Assembly (NCBI GenBank): GCA_023920165.1 | Contig: CP089274.1 | Span: forward strand, 992,001-1,056,000 | DNA from: Curvularia clavata | Taxonomy: Eukaryota | Direction: 5' to 3' | DNA: 64,000 bases | Part shown: one piece after another, positions 47,635-61,066 of the stretch | Position numbering within the stretch: the stretch's first letter is position 1 | How the letters are laid out: each line of letters opens with the position of its first letter | The notes under the pieces: model-generated | Databases searched by the model: none | The model's input: only the letters and a program-made list of their open reading frames with translations | Told to the model about the DNA's origin: nothing | Made by a program: the position numbers and the translations under genes

Positions 47635-49618
47635 ATGGAAAAATATCTCCGCGAGTGGCGCCAGGAGGCCCTAAACCGCTGCCAGTACGATACGGCCATA
47701 TTTGTTGCCGACAAGCTGCTTGCGCTCACTGGTACGCTGCTCTCTTCCACCCCACACAAATGGTTATGACCGCCCTGCTATGCGCCCATGCTCACAACGG
47801 TCCGCAGACGATGATCAAGATGCCTTCTGGCTCGCCCAAGTTCACTTCACTACGGGAAACTACAATCGTACTCAGGCGCTCCTTGCGCGCGGCAATTTGA
47901 TTGAACGCACCCCGCAATGCCGATACCTCGCTGCCCACTGTGCCATCAAACTGGGCAAAACCGATGAAGCCCTGCATATCCTGGGCGACAAGAACCCTAC
48001 ACATCTCATTGCTGCCCCAGACAGCGCACGTACGAAATTGCGCCATGTTCATGTCAACACGCGAGCCGGCCCACGCCATCACCGAAGCGGCTCACGCAAC
48101 GAGCGCCTACCTACGAGCGAGGAACGCGACCGCGAGGATGTTAACAACATCAAATCTGAGGCTGCTATGTGCTACCTGCGCGGCGTATGCTACGCCAAGC
48201 AAAACTCGTTCGACCGTGCAAAGGAGTGCTATAAGACGGCAGTGCAAATCGACGTCCAGTGCTTCGAGGCTTTCGACGCCCTCATGTCAAACTCGCTCAT
48301 GGCCCCGGAGGAAGAATGGAAGTTTCTCGAGTCACTCAACTTTGATACCATCAATGTCTCTGGCAACCCCTCGCTGTCGCAGGAGGCGGCTTCCTTTACA
48401 AAGACGCTCTACACCACCCGCCTGTCCAAATATACAAGGCCCGATGAGTTTGCGCACGCTACCGAAACCCTCACTACCCACTACAACCTTGGAGAGAACC
48501 CCGATATTGTTCTCTCCAAGGCCGACCTCATGTTCACGCTGTGCAGATTCCGTGATACTCTGGCCCTGACCTCATCCGTTCTCGCCAACGACAAACACAA
48601 CTTCAACATCATGCCTATACACATCGCGTCCTTGCACGAACTCGGCGAAAAGAACACACTATTCCTTCTTGCCCACGAACTCGCAGATACAAATCCTTCA
48701 GAACCATGCTCCTGGTTTGCTGTTGGTACATACTACCTCGCCATTGGACGCATAGCGGAGGCACGTCGATACTTCTCAAAATCGTCCATGATGGACCCTC
48801 ATTTCGGGCCAGCATGGATTGGCTTCGCACATACCTTTGCAGCCGAAGGTGAGCATGATCAGGCCATTTCCGCATACTCTACCGCGGCACGCCTGTTTCA
48901 AGGCTCTCATCTACCCCAGCTATTTCTCGGCATGCAAAACCTCCAGCTCAACAACCTGAGTTTATCAAGAGAATATCTCAAAACATCATACGAACTATGT
49001 GAGAATGATCCCTGCCTGCTTAATGAGATGGGTGTCGTCTACTTCCACGAAGGAGAACTCCTTGACGCAATACAATTCTTCCGTCGGGCACTCACCTTGT
49101 CAGAGCAGAACGAAGCAGATCCCGATGCGTGGATACCTACTCGGATCAATCTTGCCCACGCGCTTCGCAAGTATGAGCAATATAGTGAATCGCTCGCGAC
49201 CTTTGACGAGGTACTTCGCTGCGGCACAAAGGACCCTGGTGTTTTTACTGCCAAGGCATTAGTACTACTGAATATGGACCGTAGTTGGGACGCTATTGTT
49301 ACTCTGCACGAGGCTCTGGCAGTCGCTCCGCAAGACCCCATGGCTACCGACCTCCTCAATCGCGCATTAGAAGTCAACGAATCCGACAGTGGACACCTTC
49401 AATCAGGGACAGCCGGAGCGTCAACCTTGGCAGGCGATCCAGAAGACAACGAGGAGATAGAAGAACTAGAGCGGCGCATGAGTGGTAAACTACGGGAAAT
49501 TGAACAGAATCGCGTCGCGGGCAGGCGGAGTCGCAGGAGGCGCCATGCTCAAGGCGAAGCAGCTGAGGATATTAGTGCTTTTGGCGAAAGCATGGTAGTT
49601 GACTCCGATGACGGCTGA
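47635..49618 (+). CDS. CDC16: APC/C TPR subunit Cdc16/Cut9/Apc6; intron 47732-47808
   Basis: MEKYLREWRQEALNRCQYDTAIFVADKLLALT; SWFAVGTYY…ARRYFSKSSMMDPHFGPAWIGFAHTFAAEGEHDQAISAYSTAARLFQGSHLP. Confidence 0.95.
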
Positions 49619-50365
49619 GCTCTCATTGTCGCTATTCAATCTGGATAACCATTATCATGGGTTTGGGTATATCTTTCTTGCATGTAGCGGCGTTGGTAAG
49701 GATTACGGTTAAGCTTTGGCTATGGCATAGCGTGTGGAGTGAGGGTCCTTTTTTCTGCTGTTTTGCAGGGGGTCTTTTCGCATAACGAATACCAAAACAC
49801 GGGCGTTGAGTATCTCTTCGTTTATTTAGTCTTTGGAATGAATGTTATACGTTTATGTTTGTGAGGATTAGTGCCTCTACTACCATTAGTGATACCTCGT
49901 TCTAGGTTCTACAGGGAAGAAGACTCCTTCTATTCGAGAAAAAGTCTTTACAATAACCAGACGTGTGCTTGTCGAGGCATGGGAAAAGACCATTGCTTCC
50001 CGGGGAATCGTAGGTCATAAACATTGAGCCACTCTTTGGTGAGAAAAGAGAAAGGAAACCATCGTCGAGCCTGTGACTGAACCCAAATGGAGAGACATAA
50101 TCCCCACCTCTACCCCATTTTGTCTTGAAAACAAAACAAAGGACAAGACGGACAATAGCCACTATACCGAAGCCGTTCCCAAGTCTCAAATGTCAGACCA
50201 TTGGCACCTCTACAGTGAAGAAACAAGATCCGTGAAACAAAAGGAAAAGGGACAACCCCCAAGAGAACACCATGAAAGGCCCCCCTCCTCAAGACCTTTC
50301 ATATCCCCCAAACGCAAGGAAAAGCCTCGATCTGCACGCCCCTTGATCTCAGTAAAAACAGCCGC

Positions 50366-52378
50366 CTATTCCATACCCTCACACTCTTCACCCTCTCCAT
50401 CCTCCTCCGTACCCAACCCCGCATACCTCCCTTCCGTAACCATAATGTCCCACTCTAGCTGCGCCCTCTCCTCGCTCATACTCCTCTCCTCGGGCGCCCT
50501 CCAGGGATCGCGCTGTTCTTCGACAATAACAACCGCATGCGGATCGTGATAGTCTACGAAGCCAGGATAGCCGCCTTCACGGAGCTCTTGGTGGTTGTTG
50601 AAGAGGGAGAAGGGGCAGTTAGCGAGGATGTTGTGCGAGGGAGAGGGCGAACGCGGGGTTACTGGAGAGGATAATATAGGGGAAGGGGCGGTAAGAGTGA
50701 GAGGGTTGGAGGTGGTGGTGGGCGTGGTGGGCGTGGTAGAGGTAGAAGTGATAGTGGCGGTAGTAGGAGTGTTGGTGGTAGTTCTGGGTTGTGGAGTACC
50801 GAGACAACTATCACTACCTCCTGGAACGCTGTCCTGGCTGGAAGTTTCCTCCGAGGCATATTTATAGCAGTCGGCGAGATATTGGGCCAGTTCTTCGCGA
50901 ATCGCGGCATCGAATCCTATCTCAATTGGGTCGACATCGGTCCTAGGGGTGCTGGGGCGTGGGGAGCTGGTTGTAGGGTATGGGCTCTGTCCAAGAGAAG
51001 CGACCTTGGGACTTGCAGGTGCAGAGACACCAGTAGAAGGGCGGTTAGGACCTTTGGGCACAGGTGGTGGAGGCATGTCCGTCTTGCGGATTAGTGGCGC
51101 CATGGTTGAGTTGCATGACTTGGGGGTTTCAGGATTGGGGACGGGTTTAGCTCGGGAGATGGTTGTTTGCTGGACAGTTTGCGTCGCTTCTGGTATCTTG
51201 GGTGGCGCTGGGATGAGGACTGACTGAGGACGAGGCTGCTTCTGGGGCTTTCTCACGCCTTGCTTGTGTGCTGCCGGTTGAGTGCTGGGCTTTGCCGGAA
51301 TGGGAGCTTTTGCGCCATTGGAAGACTTGCTGGGTGGGAGAATATTCTTTCGAGCCTGTCGAACCCGGATCATCTCAGCCAACTGCTTTGGTACCAACTG
51401 ACACTCAGACGGTGCTGGATGAACGGGTTGTTGCATGTAACTTGTGACGACCGGCAACGCAAGCTGTGACTGCTCTTGTGATTGTGGGTGCGGTGATGCT
51501 TGTGGTGATTGTATATTCATTTGTTGGCGCTGGAGAAGCTCAGCACGAGGCCAAGGTGTCGGTGGGCGACCTGCGTTGTTGCTTGATCTCTGACTAAGGG
51601 TCATGGGCGGCGAAACTTGAGGGACATTCTGCCCTTGCTGTTGCAATAGTGGGCTCACTGCTGCCGATAAATGTACCATCTGCAGCTGCCGTCGTCGAAG
51701 CATTTCACGATACTGCTCTTGCGTCCACTGATGACCATACTGATCCGCGGCGACAATTTGTCGCTTGTTCGAAGTCTGGTATGACAGGTGCTTCTTGGGC
51801 TGCATCTGCTGGTGTGGTATAGAGCACTGCACCCACTGCTGCCCTTGCGTTTGCTGCATCTGCGCCTTTATATGCGCTGGCTGTACTTGCTGCATCTGGC
51901 GTATGTGTTGCTGCTGTAACGGCATCATTTGCTGATATGTACGTGGCTGTATGTTGTATCCATTGGAAGATGCGTGGACTTGCTGCTGCGATGGTTGCTG
52001 GAACTGGTGCTGAACTGATTGACCTGACTGACCCAGCTGCCGCGGCCGAGTGATTGCCATCATTTGATCATGTGTGAATGTCTGACCAGTGGTCAGATCC
52101 GTATAGCTGCCACCTGGTACAAGGACTCTAGGCTGTGATGGATGTTGTCGCCATATGAAGTTGACCATCTGTTCAAAAGTATACGTAAGCGCAGTGGAAT
52201 TGTCTCTATAGTGCGGCCGTAATATAGTGGTTCCTACTGGAGACGTTGCCATAATGGGAGACCGAAGTGGCTGTGTCGGTGTTGTGCAAACGGTCGATGG
52301 CGAGCTCTGGTAGTTACTGCTTGGGCTCAGGCTACTCAACATGGAGTCGTGCCTTGGGTAGGACTCAGAGTGGTTCAT
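50366..52378 (-). CDS. Gln/Pro/Thr-rich low-complexity hypothetical protein (670 aa)
   Basis: Long intronless ORF; Q-rich N-half, P/T-rich middle, acidic C-terminus. Confidence 0.7.
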   Translation of the reverse strand: MNHSESYPRHDSMLSSLSPSSNYQSSPSTVCTTPTQPLRSPIMATSPVGTTILRPHYRDNSTALTYTFEQMVNFIWRQHPSQPRVLVPGGSYTDLTTGQTFTHDQMMAITRPRQLGQSGQSVQHQFQQPSQQQVHASSNGYNIQPRTYQQMMPLQQQHIRQMQQVQPAHIKAQMQQTQGQQWVQCSIPHQQMQPKKHLSYQTSNKRQIVAADQYGHQWTQEQYREMLRRRQLQMVHLSAAVSPLLQQQGQNVPQVSPPMTLSQRSSNNAGRPPTPWPRAELLQRQQMNIQSPQASPHPQSQEQSQLALPVVTSYMQQPVHPAPSECQLVPKQLAEMIRVRQARKNILPPSKSSNGAKAPIPAKPSTQPAAHKQGVRKPQKQPRPQSVLIPAPPKIPEATQTVQQTTISRAKPVPNPETPKSCNSTMAPLIRKTDMPPPPVPKGPNRPSTGVSAPASPKVASLGQSPYPTTSSPRPSTPRTDVDPIEIGFDAAIREELAQYLADCYKYASEETSSQDSVPGGSDSCLGTPQPRTTTNTPTTATITSTSTTPTTPTTTSNPLTLTAPSPILSSPVTPRSPSPSHNILANCPFSLFNNHQELREGGYPGFVDYHDPHAVVIVEEQRDPWRAPEERSMSEERAQLEWDIMVTEGRYAGLGTEEDGEGEECEGME

Positions 52379-53358
52379 GATGTATGAGATGCAATGGCGC
52401 AGGTGGTGTGGCTGACGTGCTGTCTCCGTGGCTCAGCGTGAAGGAATCCAATGGGTTTATGATGAGAGGGTTTCGTTCTCGAAACGAGCACCAGAATCAA
52501 CTGCGTGGATGGAAGGTATAGTAGAAGCAAGACTGTCACGTTCTAGTGGTTGCTGTAGACGAGTGAACGGCAGACGTTCGGCGACATGAGAGGAACTGCG
52601 GTGAGCTGAGGTCGAAAAAGGAGATAGAGTGAACGTCAGGCGAGCAAGGAGCAAGTGAGAGTGGCTGAGAAAAAGGCGCGAGCAGCTAGCCAAGGTCAAA
52701 TGGTCGTGTGATTTACTCGAGTCGACGTCGAGTAAGAGCACCTAGTATCTACCCATCGAACAGAAACATACAAGACTTGCGGATAGTTAGTAGAGAAAGC
52801 AAGAGAGTAAATGAAACATAGGAATACTGACGTCTTGCGACCTTGTGCGGCACCACGGTGCTATTCAAGGCTGAGAGAGCAGATTATGTAGCGAAGATGA
52901 CTGTCTAGCACATGTTCAGATGCGGCAGACGTGGGAGTGAAAAGGAAGGGTTCTACGACCACAGATCGTGCAGCGTTGTTGCCTGTCATCAGCGGATTGT
53001 GGATTGTGTGCGAGCACACTTCGCTACCGGATACCACGACATCTCCTGGCAAATGGTGATGACTTTGTGTGTCAGCGGTACTGTTGACCAATGCGCGACA
53101 GTCTGGACTCAGGCAAGAGACTTTTGTACATGTTTATCGAATTTTTGCTACACCTAGTCGTTGTACCCAATTAGCCTTGCATAGACATCGGGATGCTGGT
53201 TCTCATATTTCAAGTCCCGATAACGCCCGGAAGAGACAGCACAAAACAAGAGCTTGCATGTCCCAGCCCGCCGAATATGATGATAATCAACAATTGCGCA
53301 TTCGTACATGCGCGCAGGAAATGTCCCCAAGACCCTGCTCCCAATAGTGCAAGTAAGC

Positions 53359-54256
53359 TCAGACGTAGCCTGCCAACAAATGTCAGCCCACAACTCCTTC
53401 AAAGTCCCACCATTCTTTTTCAGACATCATATAATACCTTTCCTAGCGCCCTGGAAAAAGAATCGGACGATGAAGACCTGGAGACCTGCCATGGTCACAA
53501 TCAGGCCCGACTCCATCAAACTGAAGTTGAATATCCTCTTCTCGGTACTCTTAACGGTGCTGAAGTTGCGGTTCTCGCGAGTGCGGAAGTACTTTTGGTT
53601 GCGCGAGATGGTAGAAATTTGAGCTGAAAGCTTGAGAATCGACTCTTCGATGACGGAGGTTTGCTCAGGGGAGGAGCCCTGCTTCGAGGGGATCTTGGCA
53701 CGGGCCGCTTCGTTCTCGACCTGGATGCGCAGACAGGGTCAGTACAAACGGACAAATGTAAGAAGGTACCCGGTATAAAAGGACGTACGGCAATCTCAAA
53801 GTCCACCAACTTCTCCGCAAACGTGCTCATCTCGTTGTTGAAGCAGAACTTATACTCTCCAACATCATTGGCGGTGAACACAAAGTCACCCTGGCGCTCC
53901 TTTGTTCCATCGAGAATAACCTTGCCTCCAGGGCCAGTGACACTGTAATCGATGTCGAATGAACCACCCGCTTGTACCTGTTCATGTGATTGTTAGTCTT
54001 GCTGATGCTCAATTGGTCTTGTGCTGTATAGTATATCGAGTCTCTTGTATGGAGAAGTCGCTCCATAGAGAGTTGCGAACATGGGTTCGATGATGCGACG
54101 TACAGCGAAGTAAAAGGCCAGTTTAGTCCCCTTGTTCACAGTGGTTGCGAAGAAGCATGCCGTCTCGTGTGCTTCTACTCTGTAGGTCAGAGCAGTAGCA
54201 TATACAGCAGTGGTGTAAGTCAGCAGAGCGCTGAGGAGCGTGAGAAACCCTCGCAT
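53359..54256 (-). CDS. p24/Emp24-family (GOLD domain) ER-Golgi cargo receptor, Erp3-like; 3 introns
   Basis: Signal peptide; ETACFF…AFYFA/VQAGGSFDIDY…GEYKFCFNNEMSTFAEKLVDFEI…QKYFRTRENRN…VFIVRFFFQGARK/GYV. Confidence 0.92.
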
Positions 54257-54737
54257 CGTGTTTGTTGGCGTGCGACGACCGCTTTGGCTCTTGCGTGTCT
54301 GGTGTTGCTAAGTTCCAGCTGTCGACAACGTCGGCGGTACGTTTTGCCGATGCAGGGATGCGACGGGGAAAGGAGCGGGGGCTAGCAGAACGACCAATGA
54401 GAGTGTGAAGCGCAGATCATTGCATCGCGTAGAGTAGTAGTAGTCAAGACGTGATTTATGCTATCCTAGTAGTCTACACGGCCTATAAGCTACACGTGAT
54501 CCAGACAGCAAAGTTCTAAAACATCCCGACGCTGGTGCTGGCTTCTCCCGCACACGACTCCACCTATGCGATAACTCAAAGCTCCCCGTACCAATACATG
54601 TCGAATGCGCGCGCAGTGCGCGTCATGCTGCCAAACAATACAGACATGTTATTTCCCTCTTGCCAATGATGCTATGCCACCACAACATGCGTTGGCTCTG
54701 GCGGTCCTGTGGTATCCTACACTGCTGTTTCTGTGTT

Positions 54738-57700
54738 TCAACGAATGAAGATGGAATCTGTCTTGCCCCAAAGCGTCCGTGTTTTGGCTGGATGGTCGAG
54801 TCCTAGTGATACATCGTCACGTCCTGCTGTTATATCCCACAACACATCGTCTGTAGCATGTCAGTATGTACTAAAGGTATGCTCCAGCCTGGGAAAATTC
54901 CTTACCATCATCTAGCGGCTCTGGCTTTGAGTATTGTGATCTGCTCACAAGGGCGAACTTGATCTTATCCAGCTGCTTGCCCTTAATCTTGGTAAAGTCG
55001 GAAAGTCGCTGCTTTGTCTCGCTAAATGGCTCACCCTATATCATGTCAGCATAGGTCATGCGACACCGTATCGGAGTGTGTATGGCCTACCTCTTTGATC
55101 GAGAACTGGAACGGAACGCCATGGGGCTTGGAAGGTTCCTTGTCGTAGTGGAACACTGTGATCTTCTTCGACGACTCGTCATCTGGATAAGGTGCAACAA
55201 AAATTTGTGTGTAGTCGTAAAGGCTCATGATCGAGTGATCCGGTGGGAGGACCTTGTGAAACTTGTGCATGTGCGCCTCGTATGCCCGGGCCTTCTGCAT
55301 AATCTCGTCGCTGATGCCAGCCTTCTTTTGCAAAGCTTCCAGAAGATCAGAAACCTGAGCATTCTTCGGTACCATCAACGTATGCTCCTCCTGTACAATG
55401 TTAGTATTGGGACTGCAAAATTTAGAGGATTGATGCGAGTGCTCACTTCTTTGCTGAGTCCGTCGGGCAACCAAGTCACCTTCACCGGCTTTCTCTGCTC
55501 TAGCTCCTTCAGACTCATATCCAAAACCTCGTAGAACAGAGCGTCGTTTCGCTGCATGGCACTTGCCGAGTAGTTGTAGGGACCAGGGAAGAGAATGTTG
55601 TTAAGTGTCGAGTTGGCGTTATACTTGATTGCTTGCTTGGGCTTGCCAGCCGTGCTGACAGTAGTGAAGCGGAGGTGATTGGGATCAGTCTTGAGGTGCT
55701 CTGCTACCTTGCTAGCGAACTGGTCGTACGCCATCTTCTTGCTAAGCGTAAGAGAAAAGGTTGGCAGATCTGCTTCCGGCACCCTCGGCACGAATTCTAT
55801 GTTAATCTTGTTAAGTAAATAATCATAGAATTCCTTGGCCTCGGTGTAGCCACCTGCTGCCGTTATCTGTGCAGCCTCCTTCTCGCTGAGCGCGCGCTGC
55901 ACTGTGATGATGTCGCCGTCCTGAATCTCCGAGGCCGCCAACGTGACCTTGGGCTTCATGGCTTCGATCATGTTTTGCTTGATCTCCTCGGAAAGCTTGA
56001 TTTGCGTGCCGGCTGGCCATTCCATCATCTTCAAAATCATAGGGGTAAGGTCGGACACCTTGTCTTGGTATGCTGCATAAAACGTGCCAATGCCGAACAA
56101 GCTCTGTTGATTGGCATCAAAGTGCTTCAAGAAGATCATCAATGGTCGGTTATTAGCCTGGCCCTTGAGGTCCACCAGCCGGTCACCAAAGATTGGTGCA
56201 CCACTATCATCTCGCGCCTCGGCTTTCTCAATCCACATCCTGAACTGCGCCTGTTTCGTGCCATGCTTGCTAGCGGCCTCCTCGACTGTCATCTCCGGGA
56301 ATTCGAGGGCAGTATCAGGGCGAACTGTGCCGTTTTGTCTGTTGACCATGGACCACGGTCGCAGCATATCTGCTTCGGTCCCCAAGTCACGGGCAACTGT
56401 TGCAGCAAAGTCGGCCATGGTAGTTGCTCTGAGAACCCGGTAGATCTTTGGACTGGCAGGCGTCTCCACCTCGTTCTTCCATGGCACAATGTCAAAGCCC
56501 TGGTAGACGCTGAACTGGTCATTCGATGCAACAGCAACGTCCATGTATAGATGGGCTTCCTCGCGCTCCTTTTTCCTACGCTCCAAGGCCGCTCTCTCCT
56601 CAGCAAGTCGCTCAGCCAAGTGCTTGGGGGGTTCCACAGCTTTGCTGTCCATGAGAACTTGATCAAGCCTCGTCTCCCTGATGTAGACCAACATGTAGGC
56701 GCTCATGGAGCGTTTTGCAGACCAAGCTCGTGTGTACGGGTTGCGTTGCCCAGTATTTCCGTTGGCTTGTACGTAATCGCCACCAAAGTTTTCTTCGAGC
56801 GCCTCTCGGACCGTGGCGCGCGTGACGCGATCATCGTCGAACTTGTAGTAGTGTCCATCCTTGGTGGGCTTCAGAAAAGCGTAGTAATGACCTGCGTTAA
56901 GATCACCGCTGTGAACCAGAACACCGTGGAGATGGTAGACCCAAGATTCGGATCGGTCGGCGCCCTCGGAAAGGTACGGCGCGGCATCCCATACCTCTGG
57001 GAATTCGTAGCGGTCATTGACCTTCATCATGGCATCGCGCTGGAAATCGTACTCAAAACGCTTGAGCTGAAGATGCAATACGGGTGGGAAGCTCTCGAAA
57101 ATGACGCCCTTTCTGGCGTCCTGTAGTCCAAAGCCTTCTGCAAAGTATTTGTTTTCACCGTCCATGGTCTCAACTTGGACATAGTCCCGGAAGCTGTCGT
57201 CAAGGTTCTTGTTTCCACTCACGTTTAATTGAATGTCCCAGAATTCCTCGACGCGGGATGATTCGTAGTCGACGTTAATACATGATATGTAGGTCTTCAT
57301 CTTGCCAACAAACATCTTTGTCAAGGCACCTTCTGCCTCTGTGCCTTTCATTCTCTCATCGAGCTTGTCCATGAGCACGCGGGACAGCTCTTGTACGTCT
57401 TGTTGCTCGAAGATTTGCTTGGAATCCCAACCGAAAGAATGGGTCAACTCTGTGGTTCCAACCGCATTGTTGGAAGTTTGTAGGAGGTAGAAAAGTCTCT
57501 GCAGGGCGTATGCGCTATTCGAACGGTCGGCTTCTTCTGCGGTGGGAATTTGGTACACGGCCTGGCGAGGTTAGTATTGGCATTCTTGTTTTGGGCTTGA
57601 TGCATACCTGTCGGAAAGCGGTTGTGAAGAACAGCGACTGAAGAAGCGAGTTCAGGTAGCACGTCGCGCCCTGGTTCTTGAGGCCAACCATGCCAGTTTC

Positions 57701-58467
57701 TTTCTTCGAGTCATAACTAAAGTACGTCAGCAGCCGAGACCAAGGTACTTGGATATGAAAAAAAACTGACTTGATGAAGTTGTGCCATAGTACTCCAGTA
57801 GGATCCTTTAGTACTCTTACATATGCAGTTACGTTGGCGCCGTTGTCCTCGACCATGGGCCGTCCGCGGTCCTCCCAGGAGTTGCTAAAGAGCTTTCTAA
57901 GCTCGGCAAAGCGAGTGAAACCCCAGTCTCCCTCGTCGGCTGTGAAGCGATGGTGTGCGGTATGCGTGGTGAAGATGGTAGGGTCGTTTGGGTTCCAGAG
58001 AACCAGCATGAACTCGACACAGGCATACCAGTCCTCGGGCATCTCATCCTCTTCGTAGGCCTGTTCGAGGTAGAAAGAAGCAAAGTCGACGTTGTTACCG
58101 TAGGGGAAAAAGAGAATGCGCCAGGGGTGTCCGGCGCACTTGAATATGGGACCATGTTCACGCCTAGTGAGACTTCGCCATTCTCTGATTTCCCAGGTGT
58201 GGTACGCCTCGGCCTCGACCTCGTACTCGAGCGTCTTGGGCATGTGTCTCTTCATGAAGGCATCGTAGTCGTCGGCGCGGGGCTCGGCATCGGCGTCGAC
58301 GTCGTCCATTGGGTCGTCTGTGTCCGGGGTGATGATGGCAACGTCGGTCTTTTCGTCGTACTCGTGGTCGACGAGCATGCCGCTCTCAAGCTGCAGGCAC
58401 CGGGGGTTAGCATGCGGAGGCGGCCAAGGCAGAGGAGCAACCGAGGGCGCAGACGTACCTGGTCCAT
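54738..58467 (-). CDS. UBP15: Ubiquitin C-terminal hydrolase USP7/Ubp15 (MATH + USP + UBL domains), multiple introns
   Basis: MATH domain (WRILFFPYGN…DWGFTRF); Cys box GLKNQGATCYLNSLLQ; QQDVQE; His box HSGDLNAGHYY. Confidence 0.96.
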
Positions 58468-59229
58468 GGCGTCTGCAGATGCCCGGCAGCAACGGATTGT
58501 GGTAGTGGTGGCGGGACAGGCAGCAGGAAATAGATGGCAGAGGGAGAGCAAAAGCTGCTTGTGGGCGGCGTGGCAGGTGGAAAGGCACGACGAGTGCGCT
58601 CAACGCAGGAAAGGTGGTCAAGGGGAGCTGCGCGCCAGTCGCCCTCTGTAAAGGAATCAAGTCAAGCAAGTTGCAGGCGGGCAGATGCGCGCGAGGGACC
58701 GCGGGCAAGGATGGCCTTCTCGCTAAAAGGTGGCGGCAGTGGAGAAGTGACGACTGGATTATCCTCGCCGTCAATGCTCGCACGCGGAAAAAAAATCAAG
58801 TCTTGTAGTTGCAAAGAGACTCGGGGACGGACACGGCGCACAAGGACGGAAATCGGAGCAACAGCTCTCGAAGCTCTGCGACTTCAGCTGTCTGCAAGTG
58901 GTGCAGCCTTGGCGCCGTGTACAGTGGAGAGGGCCAGGCCACGACGTCATTCGTCAATGTCGTCGACCTGGCAAGACAGCACCATGTCATGCCATGCGCC
59001 TCTGCCACGGCGATTGCACGCACTCGACGTCGTCTGCGCTGCGCCGGCCGCCCATCCGCCTGTACATTGCCTCTTTTTCTGTCCAATCACATAATTGCAG
59101 GCGCCGCAGTTCCGTCACCGCGAACCGTGTGCCCGAGTGCGGAGCCCGTCGTCACATGTCCTCGTGTCCTAGAGCGCTTCTACTGGACCCTCGTGCGCCA
59201 ACTCTCCCCTCTGTAGGGCCCCCACCACT

Positions 59230-60825
59230 ATGATTCTGCCAAAACATGCTCTCGAGATAGCTGCATGGCGCCCCTACGGTAGCTTGCGGAGACTTCCTCG
59301 ACCAGTTTCCCTTCCGCGCTCTCAGGCCCGCGCTCAGCAGGCCGCAGCAGTTGCGCCCGCATGGAGGCCGTCTTCGGCCCTCGACGAGTAAGCGGCTTAC
59401 GAGCACTTCACAGTCATGGACCACCACAGCTGACGGCACGACTCCAGATGGGTGCAGCGTGAGGCCAGACCTATAAGCTTGCGCCAGTTGACCTTTTTCG
59501 GAAGGACCCTGACCGAGTCTCGTCTGCTGGATTCGGCCAACTACTGCAGACTGGAGCTGCCAACCAGGTAGCACGCCGTCTTTGCTATCACCAAGCCTTA
59601 CTGACAAGGTGCAGACTTGCCCATCGCCTCCGCGACATCCAAACCCTGCCATATGTCGTCGTCGCCAACCCCCATCTCGCCCATGTCTACGAGTCGTACC
59701 TACGAGCCTTTGAGCGCTTTCGTCGCATACCCGAAATACGCTCCCTCCAGGACAATGAGAAGTACTGCAAGATCCTCGAGGAGACGTTGACCGAGCACGC
59801 GACCGTCATTCCTCGCCTGGCAACTGGTGTCTTGGAAGTGCGTGGCCTCATCAAGGCTGAGGAGACGGACAAATTCATGACAACAATGCTGCGATCGGTA
59901 TCACTTCGCCCTCCCACGCGCGTTTGAGCCCTACTTACAAAAAGTCAGCGTATATCTCGAAGAGTCATTGCCGAACAACATCTTGCTCTCACCGAGACCT
60001 TCAACTTACCCTGGCACTTCCCTCAGGCTCAGAGCCCTCCACAAGACCAAGAAGCCGTCGGCGAGATCTTCCTACGATGCAACGCAAAGGAAATCGTCGA
60101 AGACTGCGGAAAGACCATGCAGGAACTGATCAGACGCACATATGGCCCCGAAGTTGCTGTTCCGGAAATCAAAGTCTATGGCCATGTGGACGCGACATTT
60201 CCCTACATTTTGACCCATCTCGAGTACATTATTGGCGAATTGCTGCGAAACTCGATTCAGGCCGTCATAGAAAAGCCCAGGTCCAAAAACGCCAAGCTGC
60301 CGCCTATAGAGGTTTTGATCTGTGAGACTTCGCAGCATGTCATTATCCGCATCTCTGACCAAGGCGGTGGTATCCCCAACGAGGTCTTGCCTTACTTGTG
60401 GAGCTTCAGCAAGGGTCCCCGACGCGAAAAGCGCATGGAGAATCTCGCCAGAGTACCAAAGCTGCTAGGCACATTGCAGGAGCTACAGGTTCCTGGAGAT
60501 GAGTCCGCAGCACAAATACAACAAAAGTCAGACACGCGATCCAGATATGGCGATTCAGGTCATCACACAGGCTCCTTGTCTTCACTTACCAGTCGTGCGC
60601 CAGACCTACGTCTTGGCATCGGGCTTCCCATGTCGCGACTGTATGCAGGTAAGCAGGTTAAAGTAGTTCTCAGTCAACTCATCTGACCGTTCCTCAGAAT
60701 ACTGGGCTGGAAGTTTAGAGATACACAGCCTTGAAGGTTACGGCGTCGATGCTTTCCTACAGATATCGAAACTGGGTAACAAGAATGAACGCCTCACCAC
60801 GCGAGCCTCCATGGACGCCATATAG
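59230..60825 (+). CDS. PKP2: Mitochondrial alpha-ketoacid dehydrogenase kinase (PDK/BCKDK family, Pkp2-like); 4 introns
   Basis: Arg-rich presequence; RPISLRQLTFFG; ELPTR/LAHR; RISRRVIAEQHLAL; N-box ELLRNS; ISDQGGGIP; GIGLPMSRLYA/EYWAG. Confidence 0.9.
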
Positions 60826-61066
60826 ACTGGCAGGCGCGACGTGGATGCCCGTATTGGAAGCTAAGAACTGTGTTCCTTACCCCACTGCTGTTTAGCAAGA
60901 GCTGCCTGTGCACTGGCCCGTGCAAGTGGAAGACGCATGGCCACCTACTCTCCCGGAGCAACTATAATATCTGCATCATCCGTCAGACCACTACTGCTCT
61001 CCAACAATTCTCTCGATTGCCACAGCGCCGCATTGTTACTGTGCCATTGCTACCGAACAATACAGC

